From positions 40,300,001 through 40,364,000 of the forward strand of contig NC_043007.1 of assembly GCF_006345805.1 (NCBI RefSeq): a DNA stretch of 64,000 nucleotides, in the 5' to 3' direction. Shown piece after piece: positions 37,910 through 50,810 of the stretch. A program made the position numbers and the translations under genes. The notes beneath the pieces are model-generated. The model had not been told where the DNA came from. It ran no database searches and saw only the letters and a list, made by a program, of their open reading frames with translations. This stretch comes from Octopus sinensis. Taxonomy: Eukaryota. Numbering within the stretch: position 1 is the stretch's first letter; every line of letters begins with the position of its first letter.

Positions 37910-38037
37910 CCTCTGAGATGCAATGCTTTTCCAATGTTTGCATTCTGACTGCAGGTGTTGGACACTGGAGCGTAACCGGTTGACTTCGTGCTGTAGATTG
38001 ATGTTTTCACCAAAATCCAATTCATCATTCACAAAAC
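37910..38037 (-). CDS. TRIP11: Internal coding exon of a TRIP11/GMAP-210-like golgin (phase 1 start, phase 0 end; 128 nt)
   Basis: Minus strand: polypyrimidine acceptor tctttcttctctttaccAG|G (AG at 38039-38038) and donor AGG|GTaggt (GT at 37909-37908). Open frame (x)GT-FVNDELDFGENINLQHEVNRLRSSVQHLQSECKHWKSIASQR resembles human TRIP11 [40 protein letters not shown] (recalled from memory, not searched). Confidence 0.8.
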
Positions 38038-38159
38038 CTGGTAAAGAGAAGAAAGACTCTGGAAAATCAGTAATTTGATACTCTGCATATTCTCCCTTTC
38101 ACAATCATCATCATCATCAATAATAATAATAATAATAATAAAAATAATAATAATAATAA

Positions 38160-39500
38160 TCTTTCTACTATAGGTACAAAGCCTGAAAAAATAATAATGA
38201 TAATAATATAAGGTCAACAATTTTTTTTAGGAGGAAGGGGTTAGTTGATTAAATCAACCCCAGTACATAACTGGTACTTATTTTAACTTCAAAAGAATGA
38301 AAGGCAAAGCTGACATTGGCAGAATTTGGACCCAGAACACAAAGAGCAGGAAGAAATGTCAGCATTTTGTCTGATAATAATAGTAATTATTTCTACTATA
38401 GGCACAAGGGCTGAAATTTGGTGGGAGTGGATAAGTCGATTACATTGACCCCAGTGTTTGACTGGCACTTAATTTATCAATCCCAAATGGATGACAGGCA
38501 AAGTCAACCCTGATGGAATTTGAACTCAGAACATGAAGACAGATGAAATGCCACAAAGCATTTTGCCTGGCATGTTAATGATTCCACCAGACTGCTGCCT
38601 TAATAATAATAATAATAATAATAATAATGATAATAATAATTCCTGTTGAAGGCACAAGGCCTGAAATTTGATGGGTGTGGGACTAATCAAGTACATCAAC
38701 CCCGGTATTTCACTGGTACTTAATTTATCGCCCCCAGAAGGATGTAAAGCAAAGTTGACCTCGGCAGAATTTGAACTCTCATCATTAAAGACGGATGAAA
38801 TGCTGCTAAGCATTCTGCCCAGCATGCTAATGATTCTGCGAGTTTGCCACCTTAAAATAATAACAACCCTTTCTACTGTAGGTCCAAGGCCTGAAATTTT
38901 AAAGGAAGGTACTAGTCAACAAAATTGATCCCTGTGCTCAACTGATGTTATTTCATTGACCCCGAAAAGATGAAAGGCAAAAGCGACTATGACAGAACTT
39001 AAACACATAAAGTAAAAACAGTTGAAATGCCACTAAACATTTTGTTTGGCATGCTAACAATTTTGCCAGCTCATAATAAAAATGATTTAGGACAAGGCCA
39101 GCAATTTTAGGAGGCAGGAATTACCCAGTCAAATCAAATGAAATACTTGATTGGTCCTACATTTTATCAATGCTAAAAGGAAGAAAGCAAATTTGACAAT
39201 GGTAGGATTAAAACTGAGGATGTAAAGAGTCAGAAGAAATATTACAAGGCTTTTCCCACCCCACTAATGATTCTGCCAGCTCCAACCAGTTTCTGATTTT
39301 AGCAACAGATCAGCAAATGTAAGAAGAAAGGTTAGCTGATACCATCAGCCCCAATATTTTACTGTACTTTATTTTAATGAACCCCCAAAAAGGATGAAAG
39401 GCAAAGTTGACCTCAGCAGGATTTGAACTCAGAACATAAGGAACCAGAACAAATACTGCTTGGCATTTTCCTGATGCTTTAACAATTCTGCCAATTCACT
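38160..39500 (-). mobile_element. Array of about six head-to-tail family-B SINEs just upstream of the exon acceptor
   Basis: Units near 38160, 38390, 38640, 38860, 39090 and 39300, same orientation, several separated by (TAA)n. Confidence 0.8.
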
Positions 39501-40416
39501 ACCCCTAAAACAACAACAGCAAAATGTCTATAACCATGAGATATCGAAAGGAATATTTACAATTGCTACAATATAGATGACAAATGTCAGCTGTATGGTG
39601 TATTTCCCCCACCAAGACAATATCCCTCATTGTACCAGCATGTCCTGCCTTGTGTAGACACAATAACATAGTGAAGTTGCTCTTTAAGCACCTAGTCACC
39701 TAGTTACAACTTTTTAGAGACAAAAGCTCTTGGATACTCAAACTAAGCTTCACTTCTCTCAAAAAATGGTAATGTGAAGATACCAACAACCTTTAACATA
39801 AAGATACAGCACAAGCTAGCACATTACAAAAAGCATGCCAAACAATTTCCTAAGAAGAATGACCCAAGACATATCACAAACAAATCTTCATCATTTTTCT
39901 CTGAAGCAAGCTGGAAAGCTAAGGAGTTACACACAGACTGCTCTCTTCAGCAATCATGTATATCTATGATAAAAGTTTGAAGATTCAATGATTTTGGAGG
40001 AAAGATACAATGATGGTTTCCTGTTGCTTTCTGCCAGTTTATGTACAGTTTACTCTGAGAGTTTCCTCCTTTCCCATGCTTATCTTTGATGTACAGGGTC
40101 CTATTGAACCCTTAGGCAAGGGCACTGGTTCATGTCACCTCAGGGTGCTGGTTCATGTCACCTCATGTACCTGGGCGACATGTCTCGGGACCAGTTCATT
40201 TTGAAGTTTTCTTTGTTTTAATCACAGGAGCACCTGCTATTTGATCCTTGGAGCCTTGACAGGTACTATCACCTTGGGCCAGAATGAACTTGGGTATAGT
40301 GGTGACTAAGGGATAACTCTGTACTCCTCAAAACTCCTGAATTCTCAAGCCAGAGGCTCATCATTGAATGCAATTTCATGTCTAGTCCAGAATACAGATC
40401 AACTTTATATGCAATT

Positions 40417-40710
40417 AAGTGAATATGATTTAAAAAACCAAGTTGTTTGTTCTTTGAGTGTCTATAGTTTAGCTATCTTTAAACAGACAGTATTTTAATA
40501 ATTAAAAAACATTTTAAAGTGAATATGACATAAAAATTCAAGGTGTTTTTACAATAAATGTTTATATTTTCACTTTTCTTAAACAGAATATTTTAATTAT
40601 TTAGAAACATTTTTAAGTGAATGTGATTTCAAAAATACAAGTTTTTGTACAGTATGTATTTATATTTTAGCTTTCTTTAAACAGACAATATTTTAATTCA
40701 TTTTTTATTA
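40417..40710. repeat. Diverged AT-rich minisatellite, ~3 copies of ~100 bp
   Basis: AAGTGAAT(A/G)TGA at 40417, 40517 and 40615, each followed by TAAACAGA...TATTTTAAT. Confidence 0.8.
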
Positions 40711-41708
40711 TTTTCAAGTTAATACCATTAAAAAAATATTTTTTGGCATATTTAGAAATATCTTTAAGTGAAAATGTGTGTTATCCACAGATCTGTTTTC
40801 AATGTACATCATCATTTTAACAAAGTTTCATTTTAAAGAGATCTAAGTCATAAGCTTCCATAAAAATTTGATGTTAATTCATTTTCTAGACACCATGGTA
40901 ACAACGACAGTTATTTTACTAAATTATTCATTATTTTCAAAACAAAGACAGTGTAATTCGACAGAAATATTGTGACAAAAAACTGAACCAGTAATTGATT
41001 GGTAGACCCAAGTTTTTGTTGTTTATTCTCAGTTGTTTTGACTGAGCAAACTTACAAGCGAAGGTGTTCCAGACATGGCCACCATGTCTTTTTATATATC
41101 AGGGATTACATTGTCCAATGTGTACACCTTTCTTGAAAAGGACAGAGTGTGACTTGAAGGAGGTTTGACTGCTATTTCTAGCAGACCAAGCAACCATATA
41201 GACACACATTCATATTGTGTAACTGTGAAGAAACAAGGTATTCTTCCACTGACATAGACTTTGTAGGGATGGGGTAAATAATCCCAAACAGCCAACCACA
41301 TTACACAGTACCTGACTAGTATTTCTGACAACTCAGGAAGGGATGAAAGACAAAGTCAACCTGCGATTCAGGTACTTTGAATATAAATGGACATTACAGA
41401 ATACAGGCATTTCGCCAGCCATTTGTATATCACTCACATAAAAATGACATTTCACAGAGGTTGCAGATCGATTATGTCGATTACCCCCAATCCAACCACA
41501 CTTGACAAGTACTTTATTGTGTTCATATCATCAGGATAAAAGGCAAAATCATTCGCAGTGGGATTCAAGTTCAGGATGTAAAGGGCTGTAACTATTCCAG
41601 GTTCTAACAATTCTGTTAAAGCAAGAAATACTTCACAAATAATTGTTATATTTCAGTAGATTCAAAATCTAGCTGAAATAGCCTAATAACACATACACAC
41701 ATTATATA

Positions 41709-41749
<41 letters not shown>

Positions 41750-42541
41750 ATATGTGTATATATATATATGTATATATATGTGTATGTGTATATATATATG
41801 TGTATATACATATATATATATATGTATATATGTGTATGTATACATGTGTATATACATATATATATATATATGTATATATGTGTATGTATACACACATAAA
41901 TACACATACATATATACACACACAAATGTGTGTGTGTGTGCATCCAAAAGTGTGCATTTTTGTGTGATATATACACGCACACACACATATATATACATAT
42001 ATATACACATATGCACACACACACACATGTATGTATGTATGTATGTTTGTACATACATAATAATCTATACACATACATTTAACAGGAGTATCATAAATCC
42101 CAAAGTCCAGGCAGGTTACCATTAAAAGAATTACCTTGACAACAGCTCAGTGTCTTTTTTTAATTAATACTTAAGAAATGAGCTGACATAAAACTGATAA
42201 ATGGGTCTATATATGGCTTTTCCTTTCTTTTTCACCTTCATGGCTTGTTTTTTTTTACTGTTTGTTTTTTCTTTTTTGTGGTAGTCAACTACATGTAAGA
42301 TGTAGGAGTGGTGTAAAAATATAAAAATGTGTTAACTAATTTATATAAAACAAACAATAGGGTGTTCTTTCAGAATGGTTTGTCCCAGCCCCCAAAATTG
42401 AAATCCAGCCCATACCGGATTTCAAAGAAGTTCAGTCAGTGTTTATGCTGTATAAGAAATAATGATGGACCTAGTGATCATGAGTGCAACACCCTAACCA
42501 CTAATCCATGTGCCCTCGCATTAATAATAATAATAATAATG

Positions 42542-42591
<50 letters not shown>

Positions 42592-42617
42592 ATGATAATA
42601 AATAATAATAATAATAA

Positions 42618-42845
42618 TTGAGCGGGATGGGCTACTCAACCTGAAGAAAATTCTAACTGGGCCCCACCTGCAAGGTCATGTGCTGTTTATCTTGATAGGA
42701 GATCACCATGTCGCGCACATATGGTTGTGATGCATGTGCCTGGTGTACCCTTATCAGACGGGTAGTCATGATGGGTATATTGGGCTTCGTATATTTGTAC
42801 CCCAGTGTCACTTTGATGGCATGAACTGCCATGAACTGCTCACTC

Positions 42846-42876
<31 letters not shown>

Positions 42877-42882
42877 TCATTT
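42618..42882 (+). mobile_element. TAA-tailed retroposon 3' fragment between (TAA)n tracts
   Basis: GC-richer 230-bp segment ending CTCACTC-(AAT)n and preceded by a long (TAA)n. Confidence 0.4.
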
Positions 42883-43200
42883 ATTTGCCACCAGGGCAAA
42901 GGAGAAGGGATACGATACAAAGACAGACATAAAGTGTGGGGGTTTATGTATAATGAAATGATAAAAATGTTATAAAAAAAAAGTTAGTATACACAGTGTA
43001 CAAGGAAAAGGACGGGATATAACATAGGATACAAAGGTTTAAAAAAAAAAGGGGGCGATGATAGAGATGTAGCCCTCCAGATACAGGATGACCTCAAGGA
43101 ATAATTGAGGAACCCCAATGTCCAAGATTTCCCTGAACACCAAGAACAAGTGCCCTCTCCAATTTGTTCTCTCCAACTCACAGGTCTACACTAAGATAGA
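42880..43200 (-). mobile_element. Probable LINE 3' end (L1/Tx1-like UTR) with (ATT)n tail
   Basis: Minus strand has a pyrimidine-rich UTR ending GCAAATAAATGAACTC-(ATT)n. No coding motif confirmed. Confidence 0.35.
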
Positions 43201-43854
43201 TACCATCCACTCTTGCCATTTTTGCAACTTTTGAAAAGCTGACTTGAGGACTGAGCTTATTGCTTACAATGCTTGGGTGCATTTCCTAAGTTAAGTAAAA
43301 GCAAAACAGTAATAGAAGGTAGAAGTACATGCACAACACACTGAATAAAGCACAAAAAGAGAGTCAAGCAAGTAAGACAATGAAAGAGCCACAAAGAGAA
43401 GAGGGTGTTCAAACAAATCAGGTGCAGTGCTGGTGAACTTGGAGAAGTTTGAAATTTTTGAAGAATGCAGTGTATTGTCACCTAATTACTGATATGGGTA
43501 ATTTATTCAATGTTTTCACAATCATGTGTGAGAAACAATGCTTCTGAAAATCATGGGAGCTGCACTGTTTTTGGATCTTATGATCATGTCTATGACTGGT
43601 AGCCGTATTGAATTCAAAAAGATGGCCAAAAATGATGATGGAAAGATGGTGGATAATTTTCAAGCTTCTACTAAGTCAACTTCTAGAAACTTTAACATCC
43701 TGGTACTTGTAGAAGCAATACATTCAAGATATGGTGACTAACAGAAGGTAATTCATTGGGTTCCATATCTCTGTTAGAATAGCAAAGATTTTTTGTTGAT
43801 TCAATACCAGCCATGTTGAGCAGGTTATCTCTATCATTACCATATTATTATTGT

Positions 43855-44190
43855 GAAGGTACATGGCTCTGTGGTTAAAGCATTGGGTTCATTATCATGA
43901 GGTAGTGAGTTTGATTACTGGACTGGGCTGTGTGTTGTGTTCTTGAGCAAGACACTTTATTTCACATTACTTCAGTTCACTGAGCTGTAGAAATGAGTTG
44001 TGATGTCACTGGTGCCATGCTGTACTGGCCTTTGCCTTTCCCTTGGATAACATCAGTGTCATGGAGAGGAGAGGCTGGCATGCATGGGCAACTGCTGGTT
44101 TTCCACAAACAGCCTTGCCCAGATTTGTGCTTCAGAGGGGAATTTTCTAAGTGCAATCCCATGGTCATTCATGATCGAAGGGGGTTTTAA
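43855..44190 (+). mobile_element. tRNA-derived SINE family C
   Basis: GTGAAGGTACATGGCTCTGTGGTTAAAGC...TCTTGAGCAAGACACTTTATTTCAC...GCAATCCCATGGTCATTCATG. Confidence 0.8.
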
Positions 44191-44839
44191 CCATTTACCA
44201 TATTTCAAAAGAAACACACTGCCTATGTGTTTCAATTAATTTTGGAAAATAATCAGAAAATTAGAGAAATTTAGTGAAAATAACTAACATTGTAATTCTT
44301 CAGCTAGCACACAGCATAAAAACATGCAAAAGAGGGCCTTCACTTAAAATTACAACAAGAGCTTATCGACTTAAATAAGAACATCATCTCTATTTAGGTA
44401 TTCCTGGGTCACTCACCTCTCTTCCTCACATCAGTGTTGAATGTATCCACCCTTGTCCCCACACCAGGCACCACACTAGTTAGTGACTGTACAGTCATTC
44501 CTTCTCAGAACACCACCCCTCAGGAATTCCGTCCCCATTCATGTTTTTTCATCAGATGTTGACATACAAAAATGTTTAAGAGGGCTAGTAATGGTTTCAA
44601 TCTCACTAGTCTAGTAGTGGGGAGTGAAAACTACAGGCACTACCTCTTTCTACAGACCCAGCACATAAAACCAAAAATAGTTTAAAATGAGGGGTCATGT
44701 GTCAGAACTAGCATTGATCTCACAGAAGAGTTAATACTGAAAGTGTTAAGTGATTATACAGAAGTACTTGCCATAGTTCATATGGCATTATTCATTTCAC
44801 CCTTTCACAGCCATAATTCTAACAAAATAGAGGTTTCAG

Positions 44840-45008
44840 TTAATTTTTAAAATAATCCAAAACCTACTTAGATTTCATAAAATAACTTTCTTCCATTATG
44901 TAGTAAATGTTATTATGGGAGATTTAAATTTCAGCATGGACACTTTAAAATGAGATTTTGTATCACAGAATCTGAGGCAGTTTAAATTGGTTTGGCATCA
45001 ATGGGTTA
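44840..45008. mobile_element. Second piggyBac-type MITE family fragment (related pieces at ~40800-40980, ~44187-44300, ~54690-54780)
   Basis: Ends GGCATCAATGGG|TTAA; related ends TTAA|CCCTTTTGACACC at 54690 and TTAA|CCATTT at ~44187. Confidence 0.5.
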
Positions 45009-46944
45009 AAGAATAGTAGGGATTTTGTGCAAGATTTAATCAGTTTGAGTGACTATGAAGAATACCCAGCAATGGTTTCTCTAGCTAGTTTTAGTCATTT
45101 TAAAGGAGTCTGTTCAAATCATTCAATTCTTCATGGCCCATGTAGTGTTTAGTCAATTTAAAGAGTTGAAAGAATAATGCAGAGGGTGAATTACCACCTA
45201 ACTACATTCCAAGCAGCTCAAGTGATGGTTCAGTGGTTTGCATGGTACCGATTTAAAGAATGAAAGGTGTGAATTGAAGATAAGCTAACAAATCTGAAGT
45301 GTACTCATTCTAATTGCAGGACCTCAGTAGAGTCCTGCATTGTTATTTTTTATCACTACTTCTCTGTGCTGGGAGTGGGTAATTTGTGCACCTGCTGCCT
45401 TCCTTGGATGTGGTAGCTGTTTCAAATGCTCCCACTCTGGAACTGAAATCCAATTCCTCATCAGAGCAGGATAGTCAAGTGAGAATACAGAAAATCCATG
45501 TGGTACAAGTTATTTTAAAGCCGACAGTCACTTAACCTCTTATCAAATAGTTTACACAGATTCCTTCTTTGGTAACTTATTTTGCATATATTGATATTAT
45601 GCTGTCAGTATGTATAAGGTGATGAACCAGCAGAGTTGTAAGTATATAATACTTACAACAGGCTTCTTTCAGTTTCTGTCTACCAAATCCACTCACAAAG
45701 CTTTGGTTGGCCCAAGGCTATAGTAGAAGATATTTGCCCAAGGAGCAATGCAGTGGGACTGAACCCAGGACCATAGTTAGAATCACAATAAAATTTAACA
45801 TTGAATCAGTAATATGTTGCTCACACCTTTCACTTGCAACCTCTTCATATTCTGACATAAAATAAAACAGAAAACTGTTTTCAATCGAAAAGGTAAAGTT
45901 CCTTTCAACAGAAGACCATGGCAATAAAAGTAACAAACAATGTTTGCCTGTAACAGAGACCAAATAAATCTGGAAACTTCGTGTTTGGTGAAGTGACAAC
46001 AATTATATGCAGCAGCTATTATGTCGAGGGCAGATGTGAAATATGAAAGTCAAAATATCGGCAATGTGATTTACAGCTACATTTTTTTTTTGTGTTGTTG
46101 TTGTTGGAGTTGCTTAGCCCTAAGTCAGTCCTCAAAAGGCAAGCCTAAGATCAAAGGCATTCTAGTCATGCCAATTGTGCATTTTTGTCCTTATCTTTCA
46201 AATGGTAGTGTGTAATTTGAGAGAGATTTGGTAACTATTTTGAGAAAATTGAGCAACTGCATAGATATACATCATGTAGCAAATGTAATAGTGGAAGTAG
46301 TAGTAGTAGTAGTAGTAGCAGTAGCAGCAGCAGAAGTAGTGCTGGACACTGAAAGGATCAAAGGCAAAGTTGACCTCAGTGACATATGAACTCAGATTGT
46401 AAAAACAGAAGAAATGCCACAAAGCATTTTGTCCAATAATAACAATTCCTGATTTAGGCACAAGGACAACAAAGTCATTACAGATCGGTTACTCAGTTCC
46501 ACCAATCCCAGTAACTGAGTGGCTCTTTGAAAAGCAAAGTTAACTCTAGCATGGAATGAACTCATAAAGCAAAATTGGAACAGTTTACCACAAAGCATTT
46601 TCCCCAATACTCGAAAAATTATGTCAGCCTGCTACTAGCAGCAGCAGCAGTAACAACAACAACAACACCAACAATAATAGTACTGACAATTTACAGGGGA
46701 AAGGGATATAATTGATTAAGATGATCCCCACCAATCCACAAACTTTTTGCGCGTTAATATTTGCTAGCAGTTTATTAACAACCGGAAGAATAAAGTACAA
46801 ATTGACACCAGAAGAATTAAACACACACACATATATATATACAGAGGGAGGGAGAGAGACAGACAGATAGACAGACATATATATAAACACACATACATGT
46901 ATATTTATACATTATACAAACACACACACACACTCACACACACA

Positions 46945-48193
46945 CATGGGGAAGCAAAGCTTAGAATATTTTGGAAGCCTTATTTTTTATATATTCCTGA
47001 ACATAAATACTAAAATATTGTTTTCTATTTCAGGGTGGAGGTATAGAGAGTTAATTTAAGCAGAAGTTCCAGTCATATGATCTCACATGTCCACCCAAGA
47101 AGCCAAGAGACAACGCATTGCACATTTGCTTCATGCCGGGGTTGCAATTAGACATATTGCTGAGACTGTCAGGGCCTCTGTGAGCACTGTCTACAATATT
47201 AAGAACTGAATACTGGATATGGGAGGCATCAAGAGAAAGTAAAGAAGTGGAGACATAAATAAAAAACAGGATAGTGCATTTCTTAAATCTCTCAAAGCCA
47301 AAATCTCAAAAGACCCAACAGCATCCATGAGAAAACTGTCCATGGCAATGAAAGTTGATCCAAAGACCATCAAAAATGCTGTACACACTGATTTACAGTT
47401 GGAGTCATACATGAGGACCCTGAGACACCTATTGACCTCTGCAATGAAAGACAGATGGTATGAAAGGGCTAAAAAAAGTGTTATAATACCTGAAGCACAA
47501 TGACAAAATCTTTACCGTTGATGCTGTTTTAAAACATCGCAATGATCAATACATTGCTAAGTCACCTTCTGAAGTAAAGAATGTCTTTTGGACCAAGCAC
47601 CCAGCTCAAGTCATGGTACTTGGAGTCCTGGCATCTGATTGCAAAAAGATGCCTCTCCATTTTTTCAAGTCTGGGGAAAATGTAGGGGATGAAGTTTATT
47701 ATAAAGTCCTGCAGTATAAGGTTTCATCTTGGCTAAAGTCTATCTACCCCCAAAAGTAATTGTGTGTGGACTCAAGATGGAGCTTCTGCTCACACAGCAA
47801 CATGAGTGCAGAAATTCTGCAAGACGACTTTGCTGACTTTTGGCCTGCCAACTTCTGGCGTTCTTCCAGCCTAGACCTGAACTTCCTGCACTATGCTGTA
47901 TGGGGAAAATTGGAGCACTCTACCAACAGACCTTCGCAACCAAGTGTTGATCATCTTAAGCAAGTCCTGGGGGAAGTGTGGGACAACATGTCTGAGTAAT
48001 TCATCATGAGAAATTTTGATGCCTTCAAACGGTGTGTAAAGTGCATATTGAAGGTGGACATAATGAATAAGCTGCCTCTTTATATCCCTATAAACTTGTG
48101 TTAAAATTATATTTATGTCAGGCTGCTGGTTGTTGTAAAATAAACAATTTGGTGAATCATCTATTATTTTCCAAGTTTTGCTTTCCCACCCTG
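46945..48193 (+). mobile_element. Decayed Tc1/mariner-superfamily DNA transposon (maT/rosa-like)
   Basis: Fragmented transposase: HLLHAGVAIRHIAETVRASVSTVYNI (HTH), DKIFTVD, KHPAQVMVLGVLASD, TQDGASAH, SSLDLNFLHYAVWG. Right TIR ...TTTTGCTTTCCCACCCTG|TA has a degenerate match GGGGAAGCAAAGCTT at ~46947. Multiple stops and frameshifts. Confidence 0.85.
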
Positions 48194-49439
48194 TATATAT
48201 ATATATATATTATATATATATATACGTGCACACACACACACATGTATATTTATATCTATATCTATCTATTTATCTAACTATCTATCTATCTATATATATA
48301 TATATATACACACACATATAAATACATATATTATCATCATCATCATCGTTTAACATCCGCTTCCCAAGCTGGCATGGATTGGATAGTTTGACTGGGGACT
48401 GGCTAGGGGTTACACATCTTCATCACTCCCAACAACAAAAACGACAACTTGGAACCACTAAATCACTATACATCAAAACAAAACATTGACACAACTGGTT
48501 AAAGAAAGCTGTCCGAATCTCACCAAAATAAGCACAGTAGCACTCTCATCACCACCTATATATTACAAAACTTTTCCCAACCATTCAACACCACCATTGT
48601 CCAGTGAACATCATCTTTATTGGTGAGAAACCCATTAAGGCCCGAGCACCAAATTAACAAAACTAAACCCAAAGCTGACAATGTTGGCGCCTCCACCACT
48701 ACAATTATCAAGTGCACACACAGAGACATACTTAATCCCTCTCCTGCTCTGCTCCGCTCACACCAACCTCATCAAGCCCAGCCCAGTCCAGATAGAACAG
48801 AGGAGCTTAGAGTGACCTAGAACAGCCTTTGTGAAACTGAAAGGAGTTGTCATATAAAATTATAAATCGACAGCTGCATGTAAAAATAGAAATAAAAACA
48901 AACTTAAAGAAATATTAAAAGCTAAAAAGGGGTGAGAATTAAATTTCAAGGTTTACATTACAAGATCCTCTCTGCCATGCCTACCTGTGTGTTCGTGGTT
49001 CACCTCATATTCACATTCCACCATTACTACCACTCCCTACTCACAGTCAGTTACCTAGCAGCAACCAATGAGGAGAGAACCATTAGATATAAAGTTTGAT
49101 TTAGCTTATCAAAGATATTTAGCCTAAGTACAATCATTCCTTACCTTCTGGAGGTGGTGGTTGTAGTTATTATTTAACCTCAAGACAGCCCTGATTAAGG
49201 TGACCTATTCCAGCTGTGACGATCCTGACTTTTTTCCTGTGTACCAACAACCCAGGATGACATTATCTAATAACGTGTCCTTTTCAAGATGATAAGAGTG
49301 TGGTTTAAGAGAAATTTGGTTGCCATTTTAGCAAGTCAAGAAATCATATAGAGATTCCTTCATTGACTTGATGCAAAGAATGTGCATGCCTGTATATATA
49401 TATATACACATGCATACACATATATATGCATACACATCT

Positions 49440-49674
49440 ATTTCTTTACTACCCACAAGGGGCTAAACACAGAGAGGACAAACAAGGACAGACAAATGGA
49501 TAAGTTGATTACATCAACCCCAGTGCGTAACAAGTACTTAATTTATCGACCCTGAAAGGATGAAAGGTAAAGTCGACCTTGGCGGGATTTGAACCCTTGA
49601 ACCCAGAACGTAGCGGGAGACAAAATACGGCTATGAATTTCGCCCAGCATGCTAAGGTTTCTGCCAGCTCGCCT

Positions 49675-49675
<1 letters not shown>
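49440..49675 (-). mobile_element. Family-B SINE, young subfamily
   Basis: As 5728-5948. Confidence 0.85.
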
Positions 49676-49708
<33 letters not shown>

Positions 49709-49816
49709 CATCATCATAATCATCATCATTTAATGTCTGCTTTCCATGCTGGTATGGGTTGAATGGTTTGACATCAAGCTCGCCATGTATATATATATGT
49801 ATATATATATGTATGC

Positions 49817-49848
<32 letters not shown>

Positions 49849-49879
49849 GGGTTGGATGGTTTGACATATACATAGTGCC

Positions 49880-50125
49880 GGTGGCACATAAAATACACCA
49901 ATCCGACCGTGGCCATTGCCAGCCTCGCCTGGCACCTGTGCAGGTGGCACGTAAAAAGCACCCACTACACTCACGGAGTGGTTGGCGTTAGGAAGGGCAT
50001 CCAGCTGTAGAAACACTGCCAGATAAGACTGGAGCCTGGTGCAGCCTTCTGGCTTCCCAGATCCCCGGTCGAACCGTCCAACCCATGCTAGCATGGAGAA
50101 CGGACGTTAAACGACGATGATGATG
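49880..50125 (+). mobile_element. Family-D retroposon with (GAT)n tail (RTE-like 3' end); other copies near 240, 9990, 12490, 14690, 20490, 48330, 49720, 50870
   Basis: GGTTGGCGTTAGGAAGGGCATCCAGC...CCAACCCATGCTAGCATGG...GACGTTAAACGACGATGATG. Confidence 0.8.
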
Positions 50126-50178
50126 ATATGTATGTATATATATATGTATATATATATGTATATATATATATATATATG

Positions 50179-50233
<55 letters not shown>

Positions 50234-50276
50234 GTATATATATGTGTGTGTGTGTCCGTGTCCATATATACATATA

Positions 50277-50327
<51 letters not shown>

Positions 50328-50446
50328 TTGTATAATGCATAAATATACATGAAGCTGGCCAGCTGAGAGCTGGCCAGACTTCAATTGTCTGTTGTGGCAT
50401 GGTTTCTATGGCTGGATGCCCTTCCTAATGCCAACCACTTGTCATC

Positions 50447-50810
50447 TTTTATCTGTTAGTTTTGGTCATTGAACTATGGCTTTGCTGGAGCAATGCCTTG
50501 AATTGTTTGCCCTATTGCTTATTTTTTAATCTCAGTACTTATTCCTTCTCTTTTGCCAAACTGTTAAGTTATGGAGATGTAAGCAAATCAACATTGGTTC
50601 TCAAGCAGTGGTGGGGGACAAACACACACACACACACACACACACATACGACAGGCTTCTTTCAGTTTCCGTGTAACAAATCCACTTGAAAGGATTTAGT
50701 TGGCCCAGGACTATAGTAGAATACACTTGCCCAAGGTATCATGCAGTGGGAATAGACCTTGAATCATGTGGTTGGGAAGCAAATTTCTTACCACATAAGC
50801 CATGCCTGCA
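50447..50810 (-). mobile_element. Family-A SINE
   Basis: Reverse complement of the family-A blocks. Confidence 0.78.

Noticed and set aside
330-39500. Family-B SINE mobilised by the Dong/R4 LINE
   Set aside because: The SINE tail is (ATT)n in sense while the LINE ends in (TAA)n in sense (opposite strands), and I see no shared 3' sequence.
43277-43294. Candidate 18-nt micro-exon (ttaacttAG|GAAATGCACCCAAGCATT|GTaagc) on the minus strand
   Set aside because: Such site pairs occur by chance in 64 kb; there is no homology, so RNA-seq would be needed.
45827-45851. Candidate 25-nt TRIP11 micro-exon (NMKRLQVK) on the minus strand
   Set aside because: Plausible acceptor but weak donor (GTGTGA) and no recognisable homology.
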